Under the pieces are notes generated by a model. That model searched no databases. It saw nothing but the letters and a program-made list of their open reading frames with translations, and was not told the origin of the DNA. This document shows positions 39,729 to 51,895 of a stretch of 64,000 nucleotides of DNA, one piece after another (the stretch's first letter is position 1; every line of letters starts with the position of its first letter). Location of the stretch: NCBI RefSeq assembly GCF_026210795.1, contig NC_089433.1:1674001-1738000 (forward strand). Direction: 5' to 3'. Origin of the DNA: Rhizophagus irregularis. Taxonomy: Eukaryota. A program made the position numbers and the translations under genes.

Positions 39729-39827
39729 CAGTCAAACCTCTATGTACCGATGTGGTTGTTTTAGGGAAAAAGTATCGGTACATTGAATTATCGGTACACC
39801 GGGGATCGGTACATAGAGGTTTGACTG
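39729..39827. mobile_element. 99-bp Tc1/mariner (pogo/Tigger-type) MITE
   Basis: Perfect 23-bp TIR CAGTCAAACCTCTATGTACCGAT / ATCGGTACATAGAGGTTTGACTG flanked by a TA TSD. Confidence 0.85.
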
Positions 39828-40286
39828 TATCCTTAAATAAAATATTCTCCGTCTCCATGAAAAAATCACTATCACGTGACTTTTGGTGGTACATAAAATT
39901 GGCGAAGTATGTGACAAATAATCGGTGACAATACTTTAGCTAGGATTTCACACATTGAAAAAGATTCGAGAACGGAGGGGTGTGACTTGGAATGACGATT
40001 ATTTTCCATGTGGTCACGTGAAAGTGAAATTTTTATGGTGACGCTTGGAAATTTTTACTAGCAAAAGTCGAAATTAAAACCAATTATTATCATGTAAAGA
40101 GAAATCATTTACCAGAATTTAGTTCATGAATGATAATTTAAAATGTTGACATAGCGTTTGATTTAGCTTACAAAAATCTAAAGATTGATTATTATTGATT
40201 ATTTCTTCTAAATACACCTAGGTTACAAACCAACTTACCAACTTTGACTTGCACTTTAATTTATTTACTTTTTGCAAATTGAATTT

Positions 40287-40436
40287 TTATTTCAAGTCTT
40301 TCAACTCTTTTTGTTGTTGTCTTTCGGAATCAAGATTATTTTTTTTGTGATACAAGTCGAAGTTAGTAACAATAACCATGATAATCGTGATAGACATAAT
40401 AACCACCAACACCCCATAATGTTTTGTACATCCCAT
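40287..40436 (-). CDS. Putative 49-aa single-TM micropeptide in unit 12 (MGCTKHYGVLVVIMSITIIMVIVTNFDLYHKK..)
   Basis: C-terminal part of ORF 40287..40505, starting at the conserved ATGGGATG. Confidence 0.3.
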   Translation of the reverse strand: MGCTKHYGVLVVIMSITIIMVIVTNFDLYHKKNNLDSERQQQKELKDLK

Positions 40437-42256
40437 AATTACAAATTCTCTAGATTTCATTATAAATAGATCATTAATTTGTTCAGTGATTATCAATTTT
40501 TTCACTTATAACTTTTCAAAAAAAAAAAAAATAATTTTATCAAAAAAAAACAGTTATTAAATTTTTAATAATTAGTTTTTTCTTCCCATGCGGGTTATAT
40601 TTCCCAAATGGGCAAGTTTTTTTAATTTTTAGCGGGTTGGGTGTGTAATGGTCAAATGAAAAGTTTTAAAAACGAAATTTTTGTAAAATTTCACATTGTT
40701 TCTAGTTACATCTAATATCTACACGTCTTTTATTAAATAATTTTATTAAATGTCATGTAGATCAGTCATCACGTGTTCTGATCTATTTTATTACGACTTG
40801 TTTGTTTGATTATCCAATATACAGTATATCGAAACTATTTTAATATATATGATTTGGTTTCAGAAAAAATTCTGATAAAAAAGCCAGTTTCAATTTATTG
40901 AAATTCCGTTATGTCGACTTTCACTTTGCATCTTCACTCAGTCACGTGGTTAAGGAATTTTTGTAATTTTAAGTCGAAAAATAAAAAAAATTATCATGTA
41001 AAGAGATAATTTGTACCATTTCATCAGCATTTAGCTTATGTCTCAAAACGATGGCATAAAGTGGAATTTTTTGTGACGCAAGTCAATGTATTCCTAGGTT
41101 AAACAATAACCATGATAATCATGATAGACACAATAACCACAAATAACGTATTGCAAATTCTAACCTTTTGACAAAGTAATCATTCAATCCCATAATTTCA
41201 AATTTTCCAGATTACGTTATAAATGGGACATTAGTTTGTTGAGAAATAATCAATTATTTAATAATCAATTTTTAAAATTCATTCTTTTAAAAAAAAAAAC
41301 GGTTACTAAATTTAATAATCAGTTTTTCTTCCCAACCGGGTTCTTCCCAAATGGGCAAGTTTTTTTTAATTTTAGCGGGTTGGGTGTGAAAATGAGAAAT
41401 TTCTAAATAGAAGAACTATAAAAAAAGAATCATTATTTTTCAAAAATTTTATATTCGTTCTAATTTAATTATTTAATAAATAAATATACGCATATAAATA
41501 AATTATTCAAGTAGTCAATCGATTTCTATTTAACATCAAAACGAATGTATTATAATTTATAACTTATTAAATAAATAATTTTTATTATTTAGTAAAATTT
41601 TGTGCTATAAACTTATAAAGATGCGATAATTGACAAAACTTTCAAAGTGCAAATTCGCGATTGATTATCACTTATGATAGCATTAGCATTATATTAAGAA
41701 GACGCTAAACATAAAAGCCGTTATTTGTTCAGAACTTTACTTTGAGGCAGCGTCCACGTTCTTAGACAGATTAAAATACTCTTCAAACAATTGGTAGTGA
41801 TAAAATCTTTTTTTTTCATGTTTTCTTTACAAACTATTGCATATTGAACTGAATAAAGAACATTTTATATAAAGATTTTGAAAATTATTGATATACCGGA
41901 ACTCATATTAAATCATGTGAAATTCCGTTCTTATATGTGTAACAATAAAATTATAAAACTTTGCATTTTAAAATAACTAAAATTAACTAGCTAGATGTGC
42001 ATTGTATATCTAATATACGCTAAAATTTAGTGTATCTAAATTATTTATTAATTTATTATTATTTTATGTAAGGCACCAGGTGTATCTAAATTACTATTTA
42101 GCGTCTTATCTTTGTCAATTCATTCAGAAGGATTTGGTGTTGAAAAATGAAAAAGATGTACTAAAGTGATCATTTGCACCCATTCCATCAGCATTTAGCC
42201 CATGATTGATAATTTGTTTTCAAATCGATCGATGACATAGTGGAATTTTTTGCAAG

Positions 42257-42373
42257 TCAATGTATTCCTAAGTTAGAAACAATAACCATGATGATCATGA
42301 TAGACATAATAACCATAATAACGTGTTTCGTCTGATAAACTTTTGACAATAACCATTCGTTTTGACATCCCAT
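42257..42373 (-). CDS. Putative 38-aa single-TM micropeptide in unit 14 (MGCQNEWLLSKVYQTKHVIMVIMSIMIIMVIVSNLGIH)
   Basis: Hand translation from the conserved ATGGGATGT to the conserved GGAATACATTGA. Confidence 0.3.
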   Translation of the reverse strand: MGCQNEWLLSKVYQTKHVIMVIMSIMIIMVIVSNLGIH

Positions 42374-43377
42374 AATTTCAAGATTTCCATATTTCTTTAT
42401 AAATGGGACATTAGTTTGTCGAGAAATAATCACTATTATTAATTACAACTTATAAATTTCGAAATTCTAAATTTTTAAAATTCATTCTTATTAAAAAAAA
42501 AACGGTTATTAAAATTTTTTAATAATCAGTTTTTCTTCCCAATCGGGTTCTTCCCAAACGGGCAAGTTTTTTTAATTTTTAGCGGGTTGGGTGTGAATAC
42601 AAATGGAAGAGCTATTTTGTTCTAATTTAATTATTTAATATATGAAATAGTAAATTATCTATTTCCGTTTAACATCTGAACGATTGTACATAATTTATAA
42701 TTTATTTAATAAAAAATTATTTTATTATTGAATAAAATTCTGTGCTGTAAATTTATAAAGATGCGATCATAATTAACAAAGTTTTAAAGTGCCAATTCGC
42801 ATCTGATTATTACGTATGGTAACATTATAATAAGAATTTTTTAAGACGCTAAACGTAAAAATCGTTATTTATTCATGGCAGCATCAAATTTGTCCGCTCT
42901 ACAAATATCAATAGTAATAAAATCATTTTTTTTCAGACTTTTTTTTCATGTTTACTTTACAAATTATTACATATTGAACTTAAATATTTTACCTATAAAA
43001 ATTAACATTTGATTATCCTATTATAATCGATAAGTCGAAAATTTTTTAAATCATGTAAAATTCTGTTCTTCATATAATGTAACAATAAAATCAAAACTTT
43101 ATAATTAGGTTCGTTCATTTATTCTGGTATACCAAACCGTTTGTTCTATTATCAGGATTTTGCTAATATATTCCATTATATCGAAACTATTTTAATATGA
43201 TTTGATCCAGAAAAATTCTGATAAAAATCCAGTTCCAAACTTTCAATTTATAATCGAATTTAAATCTTCACGCAGTCACGTGATGAAGGAATTCAATTCG
43301 AAAAAAAAAAATTATCATGTAAAGAGATCATTTGTACCATTACATCAGTATTTAACTTCATGTATGATAATTTGTTC

Positions 43378-43545
43378 TCAAATCGATAGTATAGAGTAGG
43401 ATTTTTCGTGACGCAAAGTCAATGTATTCCTAAGTCTAGTAACAATAACCATGATAATCGTGATAGACACAATAACCACAATAACGCTATGAACTAAACT
43501 TTTGAGTCTTTTATTTGTTTTAACACCCCATAATGTTTTTGACAT
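43378..43545 (-). CDS. Putative 55-aa single-TM micropeptide in unit 15 (MSKTLWGVKTNKRLKSLVHSVIVVIVSITIIMVIVTRLRNTLT..)
   Basis: Hand translation from the second ATG of ATGGGATGTCA. Confidence 0.25.
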   Translation of the reverse strand: MSKTLWGVKTNKRLKSLVHSVIVVIVSITIIMVIVTRLRNTLTLRHEKSYSILSI

Positions 43546-45869
43546 CCCATAATTTCAAATTTTCTAGATTTCATTATAAATAGATCATTAATTTGTTCAG
43601 TAAATATGCAATTTTTTCACTTATAAATTTCTTTTCAAAAAAAAAAAAAAAAAATTTATTAAAAAAAAACAATTATTAAAATTTTAATAATTGGTTTTTT
43701 CTTCCCATCCGGGTTATATTTCCCAAATGGGCAAGTTTTTTTTAATTCTTAGCGGGTTGGGTGTGTAATGGTCAAATGGAGAGTTTTACTAATTTTTTGT
43801 AAAATTTCTAGTAATATTGGTAATTTATTTTATTATTAAATAAATTTTCGTAATTTAGATACAATAATTAATAAAACTTTTAAGTGCCAATTTGCCGCAT
43901 ATTAACGGCATATAATAAGATCTTTTAAGACGCTAAAGAAAAAATCGACATTTATTTAAAACTCCACTTCGAGGCAGCGTCAGATTTGTCACGTTCTTAG
44001 ACGGATTAAATTATATTTTTTCTTTCCCATAATTTTAAATTTCAGTAAAAAATAGATCATTAGTTTGTTTAGTGATCATTCAATTTTTCTTGTTTTCTGT
44101 TTTTTTTAAAAAAAAAATTTTATTAAAAAAGAAAAAAAAAGGGTATTAAATTTAATCCTAAATGGGCAAGTTTTTTTTTAATTCTTTAGCGGGTTGGGTG
44201 TATAAAATGGGAAGTATTCAAATAGAAGAACTATTAAAATAAAACATTAAAAATTTGAATATGATTCTGTTTAAGTAACATCATTTGATTAAATCAGTAT
44301 GCATGCTATCTATAGAACGTCTGTATTTAATTTAATTGGTACGAAAAATTGAAAGGGGGGGGGAGGGTTATGTTAAAAAAAGTATTGAATTTGAACAGCC
44401 TAACTATGGCATATATCAGCTCATTACAAACATCTCATAATATACAATATGTTATTATAATAATAATAATAATAATAATAGGAGAGAAGACTTGCTATGA
44501 TTGTTAGGATGACTTATGTTTGTCGGCATTGTGTTAGTGTGCTACCAAATTTGATCACGCAGCGCAGTAATTCGATCGGATCATCGGAAATCTGATCAGT
44601 CTTTTTTGAACATGTTCGGAATCACCTAAAATGTTTAGCGAAAAAAAACCTTCACCACATTATTCCATGAAAAATTGAGAATAAGTCGGATCCGGATGAT
44701 CGACATTCCTGGATTTTTTGATTTGCCGGATTATTGTGAAATTAGTAAAATCAAATTTAAAATGTTTATGTTCCCGAGTCTAATATTTAAACTAATCGAT
44801 TATTTCATACAAGAATTTAGTAATTATATCATTTAATATAGGTACAAAATAGAAATTTCAAAATTACTATTTTTTTATATTTAAATTAAGAAAGGTGAAA
44901 GCCTCCAAGTGAAACGGTGAAAAAAAAAATGAAATGGCGGAGGTGAAATGATTAAAAAGAAAATAATATAAGTCATTAAAATTGATGCTTAAGTACCTTT
45001 GCATACCTTTAAATCATAAATTTGCGACATTAGGGTGGTCAATCAACTAAGTAAACCAAATCTACCGTATAACACTGACTAAAAGACTTAAAAAATTTTA
45101 ATTTTGGTAGAATTACGCTAATACTGCCCAATTTTTTCATGTTCCACTATACGTTATATTGTGGGATCATATAAAAATTTGCTATCGAAATTTTTTTTTG
45201 TGTAACGAAAATTTCTTTTGAAATGGAATTTTCTCTTAATTCTATCAATCCATCTAAATAAACTTTCTGATGACTTTTATATTTCTTATTTGCTTTTTTT
45301 TAATTGGAACTAGCGTTTATATGTCTGAAGCGCATATTTACTGTACTGAATTAATAAAATTTGTGTTAACTGCCCAGATTTTACCCTGTCATAATCATCA
45401 CTGTTTTTCTTTTTATGATTATGTAGTACTTTTTTAAATGACTCCTGAAAATACACCAAGATCGCAATAGTGCGCCGGTTTCCGTTTCCTAATATATACA
45501 CATTATTAAATTAGAAGCTAATTTAAAACCATTGATATAATCTTATAAATAAATGCTTCGTAATTTTGTAGCATAGTACATAAAAAAAGTAATTATTGCC
45601 AAAGTAAGTGAGAGAGAAATTTTGTTTCTAAAATATGAACTATCTTATGTATGAAAAAAAATCTAACTAAGCTAAAAGTTAGATAACCTGATATAGTTTT
45701 GACTTACTTAATTGACTGATCACATCGAAATTCAAATAGTATTTGAATGCTTATTGTTATTATCGATATATATTCCTCGGATTTAGTTCACGAAATTGTT
45801 TTTCTTATTAAAATGTTGATTTGCTTAGTGTTCATTGACCTACATGACTGTATCTATAATAATGTTTGC

Positions 45870-46090
45870 CTAAAATTAGATACAATAACCATGATAAACC
45901 ATGACATAACAAAGTGATCTTTCCATAATTTTAAAATGATTTTTTTCAGCAATAATTCAAAATGTCATTAACTAATTATTCATTCATTCATTAATAATTA
46001 ATTAATTGAAAAAAATGATCAGTTTTTCTTCCCAGCTGGGTTCTGCGAGTATTTTAATTTATAACAGTGAAGTTGGTGTGGAAATGCTTC
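45870..46090 (-). repeat. Degenerate outlying copy of the array unit
   Basis: ACAATAACCATGATAA, TTCCATAATTT and ATGATCAGTTTTTCTTCCCAGCTGGGTTC..GTTGGTGTGGAAATG occur in the same order as in intact units. Confidence 0.6.
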
Positions 46091-46910
46091 TTCGTGAATT
46101 ACCTATTATATAAATATTTATAACATATAAACATTTTGACCCATAATAGGATGTGAGAGAACTCTCATCATTCTGAAGCTTTACAATTAAGAATATTATT
46201 CACTAATTGAATGGATAATTATTTTTGTTAGAACTTGTCATGTGAACAGCTCTTTTCCCTGACGAACACTTTAGTATGCTTCTCAACGCTTTTTTTTTGT
46301 ATTCTTGAACCCTAGGAAATGTAATTTTTTCAGTTTAGCTTAAGTTCAGCTCAGCCTGTTTTGAGAATGTGCTAAATCAATTGGTCTTGATACATAAGTT
46401 AAAAGTTATTTATTTAAATGTATAAAACTATATTAAATTCATTATTATCCATATTTATCATTATAAAGACAAATACTAAATGGCACAATCTAAGATGGGC
46501 ATTTGCTATTGTACTTATTAAGGCTTATTAAAAAAGCGCTAAACCAGATCGAGTGAATCACGTTTGAAGTTCCCTAAAAAAATGTCAAAATTAAAAACCA
46601 TGATGATCGTTTCTATCAAAAGTTATCAATTAAAGAATTAAAACCAAAACAAAAAATTGGCGTCGAAGACAACATATGTACCATATGTGATTATTCATTA
46701 TATTGTAAGGGTTTTAAATGGTAGAAATGAAACACCGTTGACGATCATAATCAAGTTTCACCAGAACAATATTTACTCGATTAAGGGGGAGACGTTTTAC
46801 GTTTTAAACATTACTTCGGATAACTTATACGTATATAAGTTTGCAAGTTTTAAATCCTACTTTTTACTCAAGCTGGACTTCACGAGTTAAAATTAAGGAA
46901 TCTATTAAAA

Positions 46911-49900
46911 ATGAATTTATCATCATATTTTATAACTATAGCAATTTTCTTTCTGCTTATAAAACCCTTATATTCTTCTTGGAATAACATTATATATAAC
47001 GAAACCGAAAGGCTTGTAATTGCTCAAACATTTGACTTAAGAGATAAAACAATTTTACACATGACTAGACCAATCAATGAGACCTGCGTTGAAGCAAAAA
47101 TTGATCTTAGAATATTACATCAAAATGGTATTATTGAAGTTGCAAGTATTGATTATCAAATACCAGAACATAATTTTTGTAATGGAATATTTCAAATTAA
47201 ACGTTACCAACTGAATTATTTATTGGTGCTTTACGTGAATTCCACTGACATTGAATCAGCAAGTTATTATGTGTTACTTGTTGATTACGAGGGAAAATTT
47301 ATTAGGTTTGTCAGTTTTTACGAATTTAATACATTTAATAGTTAATAATTTGTTAACCATTTAATTTTAGTAATACATATCTTGCACCTGTCTCCGTAAT
47401 AAATGGAAGTTTATACACCTGTGGTACTACGATCACATCATATACAACCGAAGAATACGGGATTCTTTTTACGACGTACGAAAGCGAAACTGTTGTATCA
47501 TGGAGTTATTTAGACGGACTGTAAGGATTTACCTTTTTTTTTTTTAACTTTAAAAAATATATTAAGTTATTCATATTTACTAGTGATGATAAGAGAAACA
47601 TTATTAAAATCAATAATGGAAAACAAAGTTTGAAAACTCCATTTGGTCCATACTTTGTTTCTCCGAGAATAGAAGGGAACTTTATTTTTATTACATATGA
47701 CTCAATGAATGCTGAAAATAAATGCGTTGAATCTAATGATCCAACTGACATTAGGTTTATAGTTTATGTCTCTTATCTTAAGCCTATCATGAATGGAGTA
47801 GATGGTCCTTTCATAATTTATCAATCAACAATTCCACATTTAAGTGTGGATAAATTTGTTTGCGGTAACACTCGTATGAGCATGAGTTCTTTTTGCATTT
47901 TAGTAATGAATAGCGTAAAAGCTAATAAAAAATCAAAAAAACATTTATTAAAAATATCTTTTCAAGATTCAGGGTTGGTTTAAATCTTCTATTTATTCTT
48001 TTTTTTTCATTTTTATGAATTCTAAAAAATTTTTTTCTTTTCAGTTCTGTATTTAATATTGAAAAATATTCAAATTTAAAATTTGATGATAATGTAATAA
48101 AACTAGAATTACACAATTTATATTACGGAGGTTTTTTGTTATCTTTATTAAAACGTACCCCCGATAAAATTATAAATAATCTTCAAGGAACAATACTTAA
48201 TAATGACGGAAATTATTATAGCAATTGGGGCCTTCCAACAGACTTAAAGGTAACTCAAGAATTTTATGTAATAGGAGATTTCAACAATGGGACCATGTAT
48301 TTAATTGCTCAAGAAGATGAATTTTCTTGGAAAATTTCATCTTCAAATTTGCCAAGAATATCCAACGGTAAGCAAGGAAAAAACTTTTTTTTAGTTATAT
48401 TATTTAATCAAAAAATACATTCATCTTTTCTTTTTTATTAGATTATAATAATCCATGTGTCAATAAGACCTTTCCACTTATTGGCTCTAATGTCTGGATA
48501 TCGACGTCCCAAATTAATATTACATATAATATGCCTGTAACGTTATCAATTAATAATTTCACCATATATCAAGATGATAATGGAGTCCCTATATTGCGTC
48601 AATCTATCCCAGGCAATCCTTCAAAAGTATTTTCACTTAGTAATGATAACAGAACGATACATATAAATGTCTTAGAAAGCACTTTCAACAAACCGAATGC
48701 AAATTATTACATCGTTATTGATGATAATGCTGTTAAAGATCTGATATCAAACCAGCCTCTAGCCGGTGTTGGGAAAAATTATTGGAACTTCGAAACTAGT
48801 AGATATTTAATTTTAAAAGTTAACATTTATTGCAACAAATATTTTATACTCTTTTTATTTATTTATTTATTTTTTTAAAAAAATAGGTGGCATAAATGAT
48901 GATAAATTTGCAGGTAAATTTAATTTTTGATGCTCCGCATGCTCCAAACAGTATATAAATTAAATTTCAATTATACTATAGTATAACTAATTATATTTAT
49001 ATTTTTACAGATGATTCTTCTGGAACATTTTCTTTAACGGCTGATGGAACAAAATATTATTATAATCTTCCACAAGATCGTAAATCAGAATTTTTTTTAC
49101 AGTTAAAAGCTGATCTGGCCAAAGCAATTCCAATTGATATTAATAGATTGGATATTAAATGTTGTGAATTTGATAATGGTCAAATAATTTTAATATTATT
49201 TATCAAATGTAAAATGAATAAAAATGAAAGAAATGTAATTGATGTTATAAAAGATTTAGATATGTTAATTAGAGAGAAAGAAACCTCCCCTATTTCATGG
49301 TTTAACACAACCAATTTTATAGATGCTACTTTTGGATTTAAACAAACTCGTAAGTTTTAAAAATTAATTTTACTAATATTATTAATGGATCTAATACTTT
49401 TAATTACATTACTTAGATGATTTTTTTGATTGCTATAAATTTCATATTATTGGTATACTTATTGGAATAATTACCATAGGATTAATTTATTATTGTATTA
49501 AGAAAAAGTATCCTAAGGTAATGTACACAAGTTATTATATATAATATTTGATTATTAATTAAGTTTATTAAATAAAATTTCATTATTTTTAGGGTAAAAA
49601 TATTTTTATATTTAAATTTTCTTTAATATTATTGGACTTTGCCTTGGATATTACATTCATTCTAACTAAAGGAAATAAGGTTAATGGAATACTCATTCCA
49701 AGGTATATAAATACAACTATTTTTTAAATTAATTTACATATGTTTTATATATATTTTTGGTTAATTTGCATTTTTTTTTATTTCATTATTAGTATAATTT
49801 TCTGTGTAGTACCAACAACAATCAATATTATTTTAGGTATTTCTATAGTACTTCAAGAAATTACAAAAAATAAGAATTTTTATAAATGGTTTAAAAACAA

Positions 49901-50329
49901 TACAAGTATAGTAGCTTTATTTACAATATTGGCAGGTACTGATATTGAAATATTAAATATACTTACTTCTCAAGTTGCTGGTATAATGATATTTAATGCT
50001 CCTATTTCTGTAAAAGCTGAATCTTATATTTTTTGGGGTAGTTTTCTTGGGCTTTTTATTGAAGATATTCCTCAATTAATTATTCAGGTTAGTAAGTTAA
50101 AAATATTAATATTAAAATTATAATTCTTACATACATTATTAAATTTTTTTTTAAATTTTAGGTTATTTATATAAATTTAACAGTTACATATGATACTATT
50201 CCGTTTCTTACTTTATTGACAAGTGCTATTATTTTGGCAAATAAGATAGTTTCTAGAATATATTATTCAATTATACAACTAAATATAAAAAAAAGGATGT
50301 CTAATATGTCTAGTATAGTTGGCAGTTAG
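46911..50329 (+). CDS. Secreted/membrane protein: signal peptide, large ectodomain with Ig-like (Big_5/SbsA-like) module, C-terminal multi-TM region; multi-exon
   Basis: N-terminal MNLSSYFITIAIFFLLIKPLYS; INITYNMPVTLS..STFNKPNANYYIVIDDNAVKD..WNFET; TM block SIVALFTILAGTDIEIL..LFIEDIPQLIIQ. I recognise this as a family expanded in Glomeromycotina. Confidence 0.7.
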
Positions 50330-51895
50330 AAGATTAATAGAATGTACTTTTATAGCAATAATTAAAATATCTAACCATCATGTGAATTTTTTGATAAATC
50401 CACCCAAAATGTCGTCAAAATACGCCAGATGTTAAAACCTTTCATATACATATATATATCTATTCATTTATGACCAAATATATATAACGTCTTTGAAAGT
50501 CATGCTAATTTTGAAAATAAAAAGTACCAATGTACATGCAAGCAAACGATCTGTTAAACGCCAAATTGTTTCATATATTTCTTATACGTTATTTTGCTTC
50601 ATTCCGCAGCAAATTAATGTAGCCGCAAGTTTGTTCACTTCAACAGAGAAAGAAAATAAGCCGGATTTTTGGAGTTTGAAAATTTTATGTAATTAAAGGA
50701 GTCCGATCATCAGTTGGTTTAACAATTCTGTAAAAAATAATTGTATAATAACATATGGAGAAATTCTTTATTAACAAAATTTTCGGATATCGTAAAATCT
50801 AAATAGGCTTAGAAAAATACTAATTTTATTGGCTAAAAAGATTTATTCAAAATTATTAAATTGGATCCCATTTGGAAATTTCATTTAATAATCATATTAT
50901 TAAATTAAAGTTTTTTTAGTTCTAATGAGCGTCAATGTGAAAATACTTTTTTTAGGTATATACCGAATATTAAATATTTCGAGCATTATTAAATGTGCTC
51001 AGCTGTAAATTGATACTTATTCGTTTAATTGACAAAGTTTTTTTTTTATAAGAAATTTGTATCATTCTTTTTTTATACTTATTTGTTATGTATTCATTTT
51101 TTTAATTTATAAATTAATAATTAAATTAATGAGGAAAACAATAGTCATAATGAAATCACTGTACCATCTTTAAGATTTTACATAGCATATAATATTTACA
51201 TATTTTAGTCCCTGCTTTTTTTCTATTTCATGTTTAAGATTTTTCTACGGAAAAAATCATGAGATTTTTGATAAATTTGTAATTTTCAGAAAAAAAAAAC
51301 CTTCTTAAGGACTTGTTATGTGTTACAAAAGTTTATTAGTAATACGTAATGTTTTTTTTATTTAAAAATTCCTTTTTGAGTAATAGTTTATTAGAGATGG
51401 GCGAATGCAATTGACAAATCCAGTTGTGGCTTTGTAGAAAAGGCAAAGCTAGAGAATTGAGAGAATTAAGGAAGATTCATCGGAAATTAAGTATTCTTTT
51501 GATATAAATAATAAATGATTGATATTTCTACCTTACAATTCCAAAAAAGAAAATTCCCGAAAAAAATAACTCTTCCCTAATATAGCTGTCAAACAATTCT
51601 TTTTTTTTTTTTGACTTTGATAATCCAATGAAAATCGGTAAATCAATTGCGGATTTACTATAAGACATAAAAAAATAATTTGGTAATGGTCGATCAACCA
51701 GGTACACATGAATAATATATATATATACCTAAACTTTTTAACTTCCAAAATAAATAAATAGTTACTCAAATTTTCAAATTTTTTTAAACAAAAATTATTG
51801 TTTTCTCTCTTTCTCATTTTCTCATTTTCTTTATTAAAAATATATATATATATATTACTTATTATCTAATCATATCCCATTATTATTTTAACTAA

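Larger units (their letters stand above)
37530..44220 (-). repeat. Right part of the repeat array: inverted units, 6 copies of the core
   Basis: AGCGGGTTGGGTGT ends at ~37942, 40645, 41388, 42595, 43765 and 44201. Region 40400-43790 mirrors 33860-37190. Confidence 0.95.

Noticed and set aside
39617..39928. Overlapping ORFs on both strands
   Set aside because: Explained by the palindromic 99-bp MITE
27554..44220. CRISPR array or rDNA/5S/snRNA tandem cluster
   Set aside because: Eukaryotic context, ~1.2 kb period with homologous spacers and no cas genes; no recognisable 5S, U1-U6 or tRNA signature
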